DNA of 37,858 nt from a virus. Its lineage: Duplodnaviria > Caudoviricetes. The DNA is taken from IMG/VR virus record IMGVR_UViG_3300050161_000085, positions 1 through 37,858 of that record; one strand, given 5' to 3'. The position numbers and the translations under genes were made by a program. Numbering within the stretch: position 1 is the stretch's first letter; each line of letters opens with the position of its first letter. Of the stretch, positions 8,818 through 18,007 are shown piece after piece. Below the pieces are notes generated by a model that was not told the origin of the DNA, searched no databases, and was given only the letters and a program-made list of their open reading frames with translations.

Positions 8818-9705
8818 ATGAGTTTCCAAATTACGGAAAACATGGTCCAGCAATACGGGACCAACTATCGCACGCTGTATCAGCAAAAGAAATCCCGTCT
8901 CGAAGCCTGGTGTCAGCCAGAGACCGGCATCGTCGGGCAATCCAAATCGGTTGAACGCATCGGCAAGTCCGAAGCCTACGACATCACCAGCCGCCACTCG
9001 GACACCAAGTACATCGAGACGCCTCACTCGCGCCGCTGGCTTGATCTGCAGGACAAGGGCTGGGCCGAGCTGGTGGACGAAATGGACAAGATTCGCCTGT
9101 TGGCTGATCCCACTTCGCCCTATGCCGAGCTGGGCGTCATGGCGCTCAACCGTGCCAAGGACAACATCATCATCGCCGCAGCGCGTGGCAATGCACGCTC
9201 CAACGCGGGCCTGATCGCTTTGCCCAGCTCGCAGAAGATCGCGGTCGGTGGCTCGTCCCTGACGCTGGCCAAGCTGTTGGCAACCAAGGAAATCTTGGAC
9301 ACCAACGAGGCCGACGACGACCAGATGCTTGGCCCTGATGGTCAAGCCAAACTGGCCAACCGCGTGATTGTGGTCAACAGCAAGATGCTGACCAACCTGT
9401 ACGGCACCACGGAAATCAAGTCGATTGACTACAACAGCGTCAAGGCGCTGTGTGACGGCGCAATCGACACTTTCCTGGGCTTCAAGTTCGTCCGCACTGA
9501 ACTGGTTCAGAAGGATGCAACCGCCACCACGGGTTATGCCTTGGCATGGTCTCGCGGCTGTGTGGGCTACGGCGTTGGCAAGGACGTGGTGTCCAGCATC
9601 GACGTGCTACCCGGCAAAAACTACAGCGTGCAGGTTTACGCCCGCATGTCCATCGCTGCGACCCGCCTTGAAGAAGAAGGCTTGGTCGAGATCGCCTGCG
9701 CATAA
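8818..9705 (+). CDS. Major capsid protein (BPP-1-like HK97 fold)
   Basis: QQKKSRL, TPHSRRW, D..DKIR.L.DP.S.Y, ALNRAKD, DYNSVKAL..G.IDTFLGFKF, ATRLEE motifs; synteny. Confidence 0.92.
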   Translation: MSFQITENMVQQYGTNYRTLYQQKKSRLEAWCQPETGIVGQSKSVERIGKSEAYDITSRHSDTKYIETPHSRRWLDLQDKGWAELVDEMDKIRLLADPTSPYAELGVMALNRAKDNIIIAAARGNARSNAGLIALPSSQKIAVGGSSLTLAKLLATKEILDTNEADDDQMLGPDGQAKLANRVIVVNSKMLTNLYGTTEIKSIDYNSVKALCDGAIDTFLGFKFVRTELVQKDATATTGYALAWSRGCVGYGVGKDVVSSIDVLPGKNYSVQVYARMSIAATRLEEEGLVEIACA

Positions 9706-9717
9706 GGAGCAAACATC

Positions 9718-10422
9718 ATGGCAAATTTTACCGCTGACATCCAGACCACGGCTGACGGCCCCGCATTCGGCCAGCCACTGGCTAACCGCGTCAAGTCCAA
9801 CCGTTTGATCGGTCGCATCCGCATCTTTGAATCGCTGTACCGCGCACCCATTTCGGGCGCACTGCCAGCCATTGCGGACAAAATCATCTGGGGCCGGTTG
9901 CCTGTCAAGGCGCGGGTTCTGGGTCACTTGTCCAAACTGTACTGGACCACGGGCACCGCATCCTGCACCTTGAACCTGGGCGACCAGTTTGTTGCAGCGC
10001 GTCACCTGGCGGCTACTGCCATCACCACGGCGGGCAGTGCAGTTCCCGAAGCGGCTGCGATCACCACCACGGCCATCGCCGACACCACGATCAACACCTT
10101 CATCTTGACCAACATCAAGTCGATTGGTGCATTCGCCATTGGTGAGGTGATCTCCGGAACCGGTATCCCGACCGGCACCTACGTGACGAGCGTGGACTAC
10201 GGCGCAAAAACCGCTGCGATCTCGCAGGCGGCAACCGCAACCGGCGCATCCGTGGCCATCACCGTCAACGGTGACAGCTACGAAACGCAGGACGACACGT
10301 CTGGCCTGGGTAATGCCTACGCCAGCACCACCGACGACTGCACCTTAATCAGCACCGTTGCTGGCGCACAGATCGCCAACAACCAGATTCTGGTGCTGAA
10401 GATGGCGTATGTGACTGACTGA
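9718..10422 (+). CDS. Capsid cement/decoration protein with inserted beta domain
   Basis: Follows the capsid gene before the terminator; LP..ARVL...TLNLGD jelly-roll-like pattern; AAGGAG RBS. Confidence 0.7.
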   Translation: MANFTADIQTTADGPAFGQPLANRVKSNRLIGRIRIFESLYRAPISGALPAIADKIIWGRLPVKARVLGHLSKLYWTTGTASCTLNLGDQFVAARHLAATAITTAGSAVPEAAAITTTAIADTTINTFILTNIKSIGAFAIGEVISGTGIPTGTYVTSVDYGAKTAAISQAATATGASVAITVNGDSYETQDDTSGLGNAYASTTDDCTLISTVAGAQIANNQILVLKMAYVTD

Positions 10423-10446
10423 TCGATCTCCTTGGTGTGTTGGTTC

Positions 10447-10477
10447 AAACGGGGGGCTTCGTGCTCCCCGTTTTTTT
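10447..10477 (+). terminator. Rho-independent terminator after capsid/cement genes
   Basis: AAACGGGGGGC-TTCGT-GCTCCCCG followed by T7. Confidence 0.85.
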
Positions 10478-10491
10478 GAAGGGATAGCAAG

Positions 10492-11091
10492 ATGACGACT
10501 TCGGCAGTTTCGATTTGTTCAAACGCTTCGCTGATGCTCAACGGCGGCACGATATCAAGCTTCAACGATCCGTCAGAACGTGCGCGGCAGTGCAGCAATT
10601 TGTACCCAACCGTGCGCGACTACGTGCTGAGCGCCCACCCGTGGAACTGCTGCATCAAGCGCGTGCAACTCAGCCCGGATGTGGAAACCCCGGCGTTTGA
10701 TTGGGCATTTCAGTTCACGCTGCCAGCCGATTTTTTGAGAATCATGCAAGTGGGCGAGCTGGGCTCCGAGCCCGAGTACAACATTGAATTCGGCGATGAC
10801 GGAACCAAAAAGCTGTTGATGGATGATTCCGTCCTGCTGCTGCGTTATTGCTTTGCCAACACGAACGAGGCCACCTGGACGCCGCTGCTGGTGATGGCTG
10901 TCACGCTGGCCATGCGTCAGGTGCTGGCTTACCCGATCACGGCCAGCACCAGCCTGGAGCAACTGATTAGCCAGTCCATTGCCCCAATGATTCAGAAGGC
11001 GCAGGCAATTGACTCGTCCGACCAGCCGCCCCAGACGCTGGGTGACTTCCGCCTCTTGAACAGCCGCTACGGCTCCAATGCCTGGAGATAG
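10492..11091 (+). CDS. Tail tubular protein A / adaptor (T7 gp11-like)
   Basis: SICSNA..ML, L..HPWN, F.LP.D.LR motifs; position after the head genes. Confidence 0.85.
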   Translation: MTTSAVSICSNASLMLNGGTISSFNDPSERARQCSNLYPTVRDYVLSAHPWNCCIKRVQLSPDVETPAFDWAFQFTLPADFLRIMQVGELGSEPEYNIEFGDDGTKKLLMDDSVLLLRYCFANTNEATWTPLLVMAVTLAMRQVLAYPITASTSLEQLISQSIAPMIQKAQAIDSSDQPPQTLGDFRLLNSRYGSNAWR

Positions 11092-11094
11092 CGC

Positions 11095-13341
11095 TTGAAA
11101 GTCACCTACCAGCAAAACAACTTCACGGCTGGCGAGATCAGTCCGCGCATCTACGGGCGCACGGATTTTGACCGCTACGCCAATTCCCTGAAGGCTTGCA
11201 TCAACGCGCACCCCGTGGTGCATGGTGGCTGCAAGCGCCGGGGCGGTTTCTTCTTTGCCAAGGCCGCCAAGTTCGCAGCCAAGAAGGCCCGCACCATTGA
11301 GTTCGTGGTGAGCCGTGACGTGGCCTACATGCTGGAGTTTGGCGACCTGTACGTGCGCATTTTCTCGCCCAACGGCGTGTACCTGACCGAGATCGTCAGC
11401 CCCTACACCGAAGCCCAACTGGCGGACATCGATTACGTGCAGGGTGCCGACACGATGTTCCTGTTCAACAGCGGCACATTCCCCAAGCGTTTGCGCCGGT
11501 TCAGTGATACGGTGTGGGACTTGTCATCGGCTCCGTTCACCGTGCAGCCATTTGATGAGCAGGGCATCACGCCTGCGGCCAGCATCACGCTGAGCGCCTT
11601 GTCTGGCGTGATCACGGCAACCGCCAGTGCTGCCGTGTTTCTGCCCAGCGACGTGGGCCGCAGCTTCATCAGCGCAGCAGGTATTGGGCAGGTTACGGGG
11701 TTCACCTCCACCACGATTGTGACGGTCACCACCAGCGTGGCATTTCTTGGCCTGGCGCTGGCCAGTGGTGCCTGGAGCATGGACCTGTCACCCCAGACCA
11801 CATGCACAGCCAGCGCGGTGGGGCCGGTGGGCACCAGCATCACCCTGACGCTGACGGCATCCGGCTGGCGCAACACATTCGGGACCGTTGATGTCGGCAA
11901 GTATGTTCGCATCAATGGCGGGCTGTGCCTGATCACGGGTTTCACGTCTGACACGATTGTTTCCGCAACCGTCAAATCTGTGCTGACATCGGCAACCGGA
12001 GCGCCCGCCTTGTCCTGGTCACTCGAGTCCGCAGTGTGGAGCGCGACCAATGGTTACCCGGTGACCGGCACCATCTTTGAGCAGCGCTTGTGGTGCGCTG
12101 GCACAACCAAGTACCCGCAGACCATCTGGGGTAGCCGAACCGGCTTGTATTACGACTTCACCAAAGGTGCCCTGGACACCGACGCCTGCAGCTTCACCAT
12201 CGCCAGCGACGAGGTGAACCCCATCACGTACCTGGTCAGTGCGCGTCAATTGCTGGTCGAAACCTACGGCGGCGAGATGAGCATGCGCGGCGGCAATGAG
12301 AAGCCCATCACGCCCAGCAACGTGCAGATCAAGCCGGAGACGACCTACGGCTCTATCAACGTGCGACCGATCAACATTGCCCACGAGGTGGTTTTTGTGC
12401 AGCGTGCGCGGCGCAAGGTGCGGGCGCAGGGCTATCAGCTACAGGCTGACGGCTACGGTGCATCTGACCTGACCGTGTTGGCGGAGCACATCACCAATTC
12501 TGGCGTGGTGGCCATGGCCTACCAGCAGTCACCGGATCAGCTTTTGTGGCTGGTTCTGACCGACGGCACCATGCTGAGCTGCACGCTGGACCGTGAACAA
12601 CAGGTGACGGGCTGGGCCAGACACTACACCGAAGGCGCGTTTGAGTCGGTGGCCTGCGTGCCGACCAGCACGGGCGATCAACTCTGGGCCGTGGTGCGCA
12701 GAACCGTGAGCGGCGCGACGGTGCGGTACATCGAGTACATGGATACGGATTTCAAACCGATCTACCCCGTGGCCGTGGACCCGCTGGCTTATCCACCGCT
12801 GGCAACAGTGGCCGAATATGGCTGCACGGTGGACGCCGGTATCTTGATCGACAACGTGGCCGGGCAAACCGTGTTCACAGGGCTTGCGCATTTGGAGGGC
12901 AAGACCGTGGACATCGTGGCCGACGGCTCAGCCCAGCCTCCCATGGTGGTGACAGGTGGCCAGATCACGCTGTCACGCGCTTCCTATCGAACCCTGATTG
13001 GCACGCATTTCAAGACGCAAATTGACCTGCTGACACCCGAGGTGGCGGGTGGGGCCGGGACGGCGCAAAGCAATGCCATGAGCACCAGCAAACTAACCAT
13101 GCGGTTCCTGAACACGATTGGGGCCGAGGTGCTGGACGGCGACGGCAACCAGCAGGAAGTGCCGTTCCGCCAATTGGGTGTGGGCATTTTGGGCCAACCA
13201 CCCAAGCTGTACACCGGGCTCATCAGCGTCGGCATGATCGGCTGGGAAAAAGGCAAGTCAGAAATGTCCATCATCCAGAACCAGCCGTTGCCGCTGCACC
13301 TGCAATCCGCCATTCGAAAGCTGACCATCAATGAAGGATGA
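11095..13341 (+). CDS. Tail tubular protein B / nozzle (T7 gp12-like)
   Basis: NFTAGEISP..GR.D, GG..RRGG, FEQRLW.AG...PQTIWGS, GL.HLEG..V motifs; TTG start with GGAG. Confidence 0.9.
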   Translation: MKVTYQQNNFTAGEISPRIYGRTDFDRYANSLKACINAHPVVHGGCKRRGGFFFAKAAKFAAKKARTIEFVVSRDVAYMLEFGDLYVRIFSPNGVYLTEIVSPYTEAQLADIDYVQGADTMFLFNSGTFPKRLRRFSDTVWDLSSAPFTVQPFDEQGITPAASITLSALSGVITATASAAVFLPSDVGRSFISAAGIGQVTGFTSTTIVTVTTSVAFLGLALASGAWSMDLSPQTTCTASAVGPVGTSITLTLTASGWRNTFGTVDVGKYVRINGGLCLITGFTSDTIVSATVKSVLTSATGAPALSWSLESAVWSATNGYPVTGTIFEQRLWCAGTTKYPQTIWGSRTGLYYDFTKGALDTDACSFTIASDEVNPITYLVSARQLLVETYGGEMSMRGGNEKPITPSNVQIKPETTYGSINVRPINIAHEVVFVQRARRKVRAQGYQLQADGYGASDLTVLAEHITNSGVVAMAYQQSPDQLLWLVLTDGTMLSCTLDREQQVTGWARHYTEGAFESVACVPTSTGDQLWAVVRRTVSGATVRYIEYMDTDFKPIYPVAVDPLAYPPLATVAEYGCTVDAGILIDNVAGQTVFTGLAHLEGKTVDIVADGSAQPPMVVTGGQITLSRASYRTLIGTHFKTQIDLLTPEVAGGAGTAQSNAMSTSKLTMRFLNTIGAEVLDGDGNQQEVPFRQLGVGILGQPPKLYTGLISVGMIGWEKGKSEMSIIQNQPLPLHLQSAIRKLTINEG

Positions 13342-13342
13342 C

Positions 13343-13810
13343 ATGCAACACCTGAGATTTGTGCCGCGACTGAATGCTGACGACCTGCAGCATGTGCTGG
13401 ACCACTGCACGCCCGAAGACGGCGCGGAATTGGACGCCGCTGGCCTGCCGCACACCGCTGAGGCCCTGGCCATCGGATTGAATCAGGACGGCCTGCTGGG
13501 TGCCATCTGGTCGCCGCATGGCCCCGTGGCTGCGTTTGGCTGCGTGCCACACCCTGAAAACCCGCTGGTTGGTGTGCCGTGGATGATCGCCACACCACAG
13601 TTCAGGCAGTACCCGCGCGAGGCCATGAAGCATTCCCGCGAACAGATCACGGCGATGCGCCAGCGGTTTGATGCCTTGCTGAACTGGGTGCACTGCGAGC
13701 ATGCGGTGGCCATTCGCTGGCTGGGCTGGCTGGGGTTCAACGTGGAACATCAGCCGGTCGGGCCAAACGGCGCATTCCTCGAATTTAGCTGGAGCAAATC
13801 CAATGTGTAG
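13343..13810 (+). CDS. GNAT-fold internal virion protein A (T7 gp13-like)
   Basis: G.PWMIAT, L.NWVH....AIRWL.WLGF motifs; AAGGA RBS before 13343 (alternative start 13331). Confidence 0.8.
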   Translation: MQHLRFVPRLNADDLQHVLDHCTPEDGAELDAAGLPHTAEALAIGLNQDGLLGAIWSPHGPVAAFGCVPHPENPLVGVPWMIATPQFRQYPREAMKHSREQITAMRQRFDALLNWVHCEHAVAIRWLGWLGFNVEHQPVGPNGAFLEFSWSKSNV

Positions 13811-14297
13811 TCCCACTCTTTTTCTCGGCGCATCGGCCGGTGTCAGCGCCCTTGGCAGCATCGCAGGCGGTAACGCGGCGAACTCCCAAGCCAAGTACCA
13901 GGCGTCACAGCAGGACTATCAGGCCAATGTCGAGCAGGACAACGCGCTGGCACAAGCCCAAGTGATTCGCAAGTCTGCCCGTGAGGCCCGAGCATCGGCA
14001 ACGGCTGGGTATGCGGGTTCTGGCGTGGTGGTGGGTGAGGGCAGCGCCCAAGAGGTGGACCGCGCCATTCTCAATGACAGCGAGCACGACGCCTTCACCG
14101 CCATCTTGAACGGCAACCGACGGGCGCGGGGTTTGCGTCAGGATGCGGAAGTCACCCGGGCAGCAGGCAAGAACGCCCAAAAAGCCGGTTTGTTCAATGG
14201 CCTTGGCACGGCGCTCAGCGCGGGCTACAAAATAGGCAGTGGCTGGAAAACAGCACCCGCTGACACCGGAACATATGGCGGAAGAAGGAGCGAATAA
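13803..14297 (+). CDS. Ejection protein (T7 gp14-like)
   Basis: MC start, hydrophobic G/A-rich N-terminus, A.SGV...EGS motif. Confidence 0.8.
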   Translation: MCSPTLFLGASAGVSALGSIAGGNAANSQAKYQASQQDYQANVEQDNALAQAQVIRKSAREARASATAGYAGSGVVVGEGSAQEVDRAILNDSEHDAFTAILNGNRRARGLRQDAEVTRAAGKNAQKAGLFNGLGTALSAGYKIGSGWKTAPADTGTYGGRRSE

Positions 14298-16345
14298 TGG
14301 CCCGGATTCCAGTCGGTAACTTTGGCAACGCAACGCCCCAATCGGGCGGAATGAACGCGCCCGCTGCCGGGGCCTTTGGCGGCGGCATTGCGCAGGCCGT
14401 GCAGGGCGTCGGTGAGACGGGTATGCAATTGGCCAATCAGGCCATCAATGCGCAAGAACAGGAAGCGCGTCGGTTGCAGGCTGAGGCCAAACACGAGGCC
14501 GACAAGCAGGCCGCCCGCGCGGAGCAGATCAAGCAATTGACCGCGCACGCTGGTATCCAGAACGGCTTGGCTGACCTGCATGATGAGATTTCCAACGGCA
14601 TTGCCACGGGCACATTGCCCAAGGACGAGGCCCGCAAACAGTGGACGGAGAAAAGCGCCAAGGTGATCGGCGACAACCTCACCAACTTGCCGCCTGACCT
14701 TGCGCCATTGGTTGACGCCCAGATGAAAGGCCTGACCGGCCAGCTTTCAAACCGGCTGGAAGACACCATCCGAAAACGCGATCAGCAGGACGCCGACGCC
14801 GGACTGATCACCTACAAAGAGCAAATGCAGCGGTTTGCGTCCACCGACATGACCACCGCGATCAAGCAATGGGAACAGGCCGCAACCGCTGCCGGACCGG
14901 GCGCGGGCTGGACGCCTGAAAAGATCACCAAGGAAGTGCAGGGGTTTAAGGAAACCGTCAGTTTCACCAAAGGGTATGAAGCGATCACGGGTGCCAAGAA
15001 TGACCGCAAGGCACTTGACAAGGCAGAAACTGACATTGCCAGCATGTCCGAACTGGACCCACAACGCAAGGCGACCCTGCTGGACCGGGTGGCTGGATAC
15101 AAGTTTGCCCTCGATCAAAAGGCCGAGCTGGCCGCGCAACGTGCCGAGCGCAGGGCAGAAGCGGGCCTGAAAAAAGCCGAGGCTGCATTTAACACGTTTC
15201 AGGCGCTGGCCGACAAAGGCACGATCCTGGCCCCGGAGTACGTTGACCAAGTGGTCGCCCAAACAGCAGGCACCCCCTATCAGATGGGTGTGAAAGCGAT
15301 TGCCAAACAGGCCGTTGAAACGGGTGGACTGGCAGCCAAACCACTGGCACAACAACAGTCCCTGCTGGACGGCATCAATGCCGAGATTGCCAAAAATGGC
15401 CGATCCCCTGCTTTGGACAAGCGCAAGGAACAGGTCGAGAAAGTTCTGGCCGGCACAAAATCAGACATTGAAAAACTCGGAGGACTTCGGGCCGCGCAAG
15501 AGCGCGGGGTAATTGGCGACGTGACCCCGCTGGACATGAGCAGCATTCAAAGCATATCGGCAGGGCTCGCCAAACGGGTAGATCAGGCCAACACGGTAGG
15601 CCGTGCATGGTCTGGCACCAGTGTTTCACCCATGCTTCCCGAAGAAGCCGCCAACCTGGCCGGAACCTTGAACGCGCTGGCACCGTCAGCACGGTCCGCC
15701 TTTATCGCCACACTTGCCGGGGCAATCCCGCCCAAGCAAATGAGCGCCCTTGCCAAACAGATTGACGAGAAAGACCGGCCTCTAGCCCTTGCCATGTCGC
15801 TGGGGTCATCGGGAACCACGGCAGGGCGGTACACATCGGAGCTATTGATCAAGGGCCAGCAGGCGATCAAGGACAAATCCATCAAGGCCGACAGCGCAGC
15901 CGTGACCGGAACCAAGGCACAGATGGCCAGCTACTTGGGTGATGCCCTGACCGGCAAAGCCCGCGATGACGTGCTGGAGGCGGCTGGGCTGATCTATTAC
16001 GGCATGCAGTCCGAAGGCGGCGGAGCCGACTATGGCCGCGCGGTGCGCATGGCGATTGGTGGTGACGTGATTGACCGGGGCGGCAAGAAGCTGCCCATAC
16101 CGGCAGGCGTGGCGCAAAAAGATTTTGAATCGGCGGTGGCCACATCTGCCAAGCAAAAGGTGGGCGACAAGCCCGTGATTGTGAACGGCAAGCAACTGCC
16201 TGCGGCTGAGTTTCTGAGTGGCCTGCCATCCGCTGGCCTTGAGCCGGTAGGAATGGGCCGCTATGTGGTTCGCGCCGGTGGTTCGCTGGTGACCACGGAC
16301 GGACGCAGCCCGCTGGTGCTGGAGGTGGGCAATGTCGCTCCTTGA
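14297..16345 (+). CDS. Ejection / internal virion protein (gp15-like)
   Basis: MARIP start; long helical Ala/Gln-rich protein; synteny. Confidence 0.75.
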   Translation: MARIPVGNFGNATPQSGGMNAPAAGAFGGGIAQAVQGVGETGMQLANQAINAQEQEARRLQAEAKHEADKQAARAEQIKQLTAHAGIQNGLADLHDEISNGIATGTLPKDEARKQWTEKSAKVIGDNLTNLPPDLAPLVDAQMKGLTGQLSNRLEDTIRKRDQQDADAGLITYKEQMQRFASTDMTTAIKQWEQAATAAGPGAGWTPEKITKEVQGFKETVSFTKGYEAITGAKNDRKALDKAETDIASMSELDPQRKATLLDRVAGYKFALDQKAELAAQRAERRAEAGLKKAEAAFNTFQALADKGTILAPEYVDQVVAQTAGTPYQMGVKAIAKQAVETGGLAAKPLAQQQSLLDGINAEIAKNGRSPALDKRKEQVEKVLAGTKSDIEKLGGLRAAQERGVIGDVTPLDMSSIQSISAGLAKRVDQANTVGRAWSGTSVSPMLPEEAANLAGTLNALAPSARSAFIATLAGAIPPKQMSALAKQIDEKDRPLALAMSLGSSGTTAGRYTSELLIKGQQAIKDKSIKADSAAVTGTKAQMASYLGDALTGKARDDVLEAAGLIYYGMQSEGGGADYGRAVRMAIGGDVIDRGGKKLPIPAGVAQKDFESAVATSAKQKVGDKPVIVNGKQLPAAEFLSGLPSAGLEPVGMGRYVVRAGGSLVTTDGRSPLVLEVGNVAP

Positions 16346-17828
16346 TGCCAACGCCGACGAGCTGTTGCTGGGGGCGACCAATACCCCGCCAGTAGCGCCT
16401 AAAAAGCAGGAGCCCAAGTTTTCAGCGTGGTCGATGTTCAAGGCCGCGCCGAAAGGGCTTGCGGCTGGTGCGGCGGAGGGCGCAGGATCAACGGCTGACA
16501 TTCTGGGTGCTTTCGGGTCTGTGATGGGCGCAACCGATGCGCGATCCGGCATGTTCACCCCGCAGACGCCACAGCAAAAGGCAGAAACCAACAAGGCACA
16601 GCAGGACCTGCTGGCCAATGGCCCGGACTACATGAGCGAGGCGGGCCGCAGCTTCCGCAATGTAGCCGCTGATTACATGCCAGACGCCCAGACCGCGCAC
16701 GGTGCCGAGGTGGTGGTGGGTGATCTGTTTCGCATGGGCGGCAAAGCCCTGACCGCTGGCATGACGCTGGGTGTACTTCCGGGTGCTCTGGTGGCGGGTG
16801 CCGAGGAAGGTTTTACGGCATCCGACAAACTGGCCCAACAAGGCGTGGACGCCGCGACCAGAACCAAGGTGGGCTTGGTAACCGCTGGCGTGACGGCCGC
16901 AGGCTTTGCCATGCCGGTGGCCGGTAAGACGATTGCCCAGACGGTAGGGCTGGCGCTGGCCGGTGGGCCGCTGTCCTACATCGGGCAACAGGCTGCCACG
17001 CGCGAGATTCTGAAAAACGCGGATTACTCGCAACTGGCTGACCAGTACGACCCGTTTGATCCCGTAGGGCTGAGCCTGTCCACCCTGCTGCCGCTGGGCT
17101 TTGGTGCTGCCGCCATGCGCGGGGCGAAGGTGAAAACGCACGTATCCGCACCCGAGCACGTAGACGCGGCGCACGTTTCCCTGCTGCGCGAGAACATGGA
17201 CAACGCCAACCCCTTGCCGGACAACCCCGCCACTGTTGACGCGCATGTGCAAGCCTATGAAAAGGCGATCAATCAGCAGGCCGCAGGGGAACGGGTAACC
17301 GTGGATATTCCCGAGGCGATGGCGGTGAAGGCGTCTGAAACGATGGCACCCAGGCTGGAGGAAGTCCGCGCCGAAGTGGAGCGCCTGACCGCTATCCCTG
17401 AAAAACAGCCCATGCCGGAAATCACCGTGAAGCCGGTGGAGCCCGTCAAAGAATCTGCGCCCGTGGATACCGCCAACCTGTTGCAGAAGGCCGTGACTGA
17501 TGGCATCAACAACGCAGAACTGAAAGCGGTGGTTGCGGACGTGGCCAACACTGTGAAAAACGTCACCGACATGGTGAGCAATATTGCCGAGGCCAAAACC
17601 GCCAAACCAGAGCCATCGCCCAGCGAATCACGCATTGCCAACATTGAGCAGAACAACCCCAAGGCGCTGGATGAAACCCGCATTGCCGTGTCGTTTGATG
17701 ACAAGGGCAAAGTCACGGAGCATGTGTCTGCCCGCGAGTTTCTGGCCGAGATTCAACGACAGGCCGACACCGACATGCAAGACTCCAAGCTGCTGGAAGT
17801 GGCCGCTAACTGCTTCCTGTCAGGCTAA
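16332..17828 (+). CDS. Ejection / internal virion protein with glycine-rich hydrophobic segments
   Basis: GGAGG RBS; Gly/Ala hydrophobic stretches; synteny. Confidence 0.75.
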   Translation: MSLLDANADELLLGATNTPPVAPKKQEPKFSAWSMFKAAPKGLAAGAAEGAGSTADILGAFGSVMGATDARSGMFTPQTPQQKAETNKAQQDLLANGPDYMSEAGRSFRNVAADYMPDAQTAHGAEVVVGDLFRMGGKALTAGMTLGVLPGALVAGAEEGFTASDKLAQQGVDAATRTKVGLVTAGVTAAGFAMPVAGKTIAQTVGLALAGGPLSYIGQQAATREILKNADYSQLADQYDPFDPVGLSLSTLLPLGFGAAAMRGAKVKTHVSAPEHVDAAHVSLLRENMDNANPLPDNPATVDAHVQAYEKAINQQAAGERVTVDIPEAMAVKASETMAPRLEEVRAEVERLTAIPEKQPMPEITVKPVEPVKESAPVDTANLLQKAVTDGINNAELKAVVADVANTVKNVTDMVSNIAEAKTAKPEPSPSESRIANIEQNNPKALDETRIAVSFDDKGKVTEHVSAREFLAEIQRQADTDMQDSKLLEVAANCFLSG

Positions 17829-18007
17829 GTCCACAGTGCCGGAATCATCGTGATGACGACAATCAACAGCACGGGAGCGATCAGGATGAACATGCAAAAC
17901 ATGTACCCCCGCAGGGCTTCCCACGCACGCGCCACGCTGCCGGTCGCTGCCAGAACCGAAAGCGGGATGATGGAAACCATGCCCAACAGGGCCAGGAGCA
18001 GCAGCAT
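17825..18007 (-). CDS. 60-aa two-TM membrane protein, antisense moron (superinfection-exclusion candidate)
   Basis: Exactly fills the gap between two ejection genes. MLLLLALLGMVSIIPLSVLAA...FILIAPVLLIVVITMIP is strongly hydrophobic. Confidence 0.6.
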   Translation of the reverse strand: MLLLLALLGMVSIIPLSVLAATGSVARAWEALRGYMFCMFILIAPVLLIVVITMIPALWT

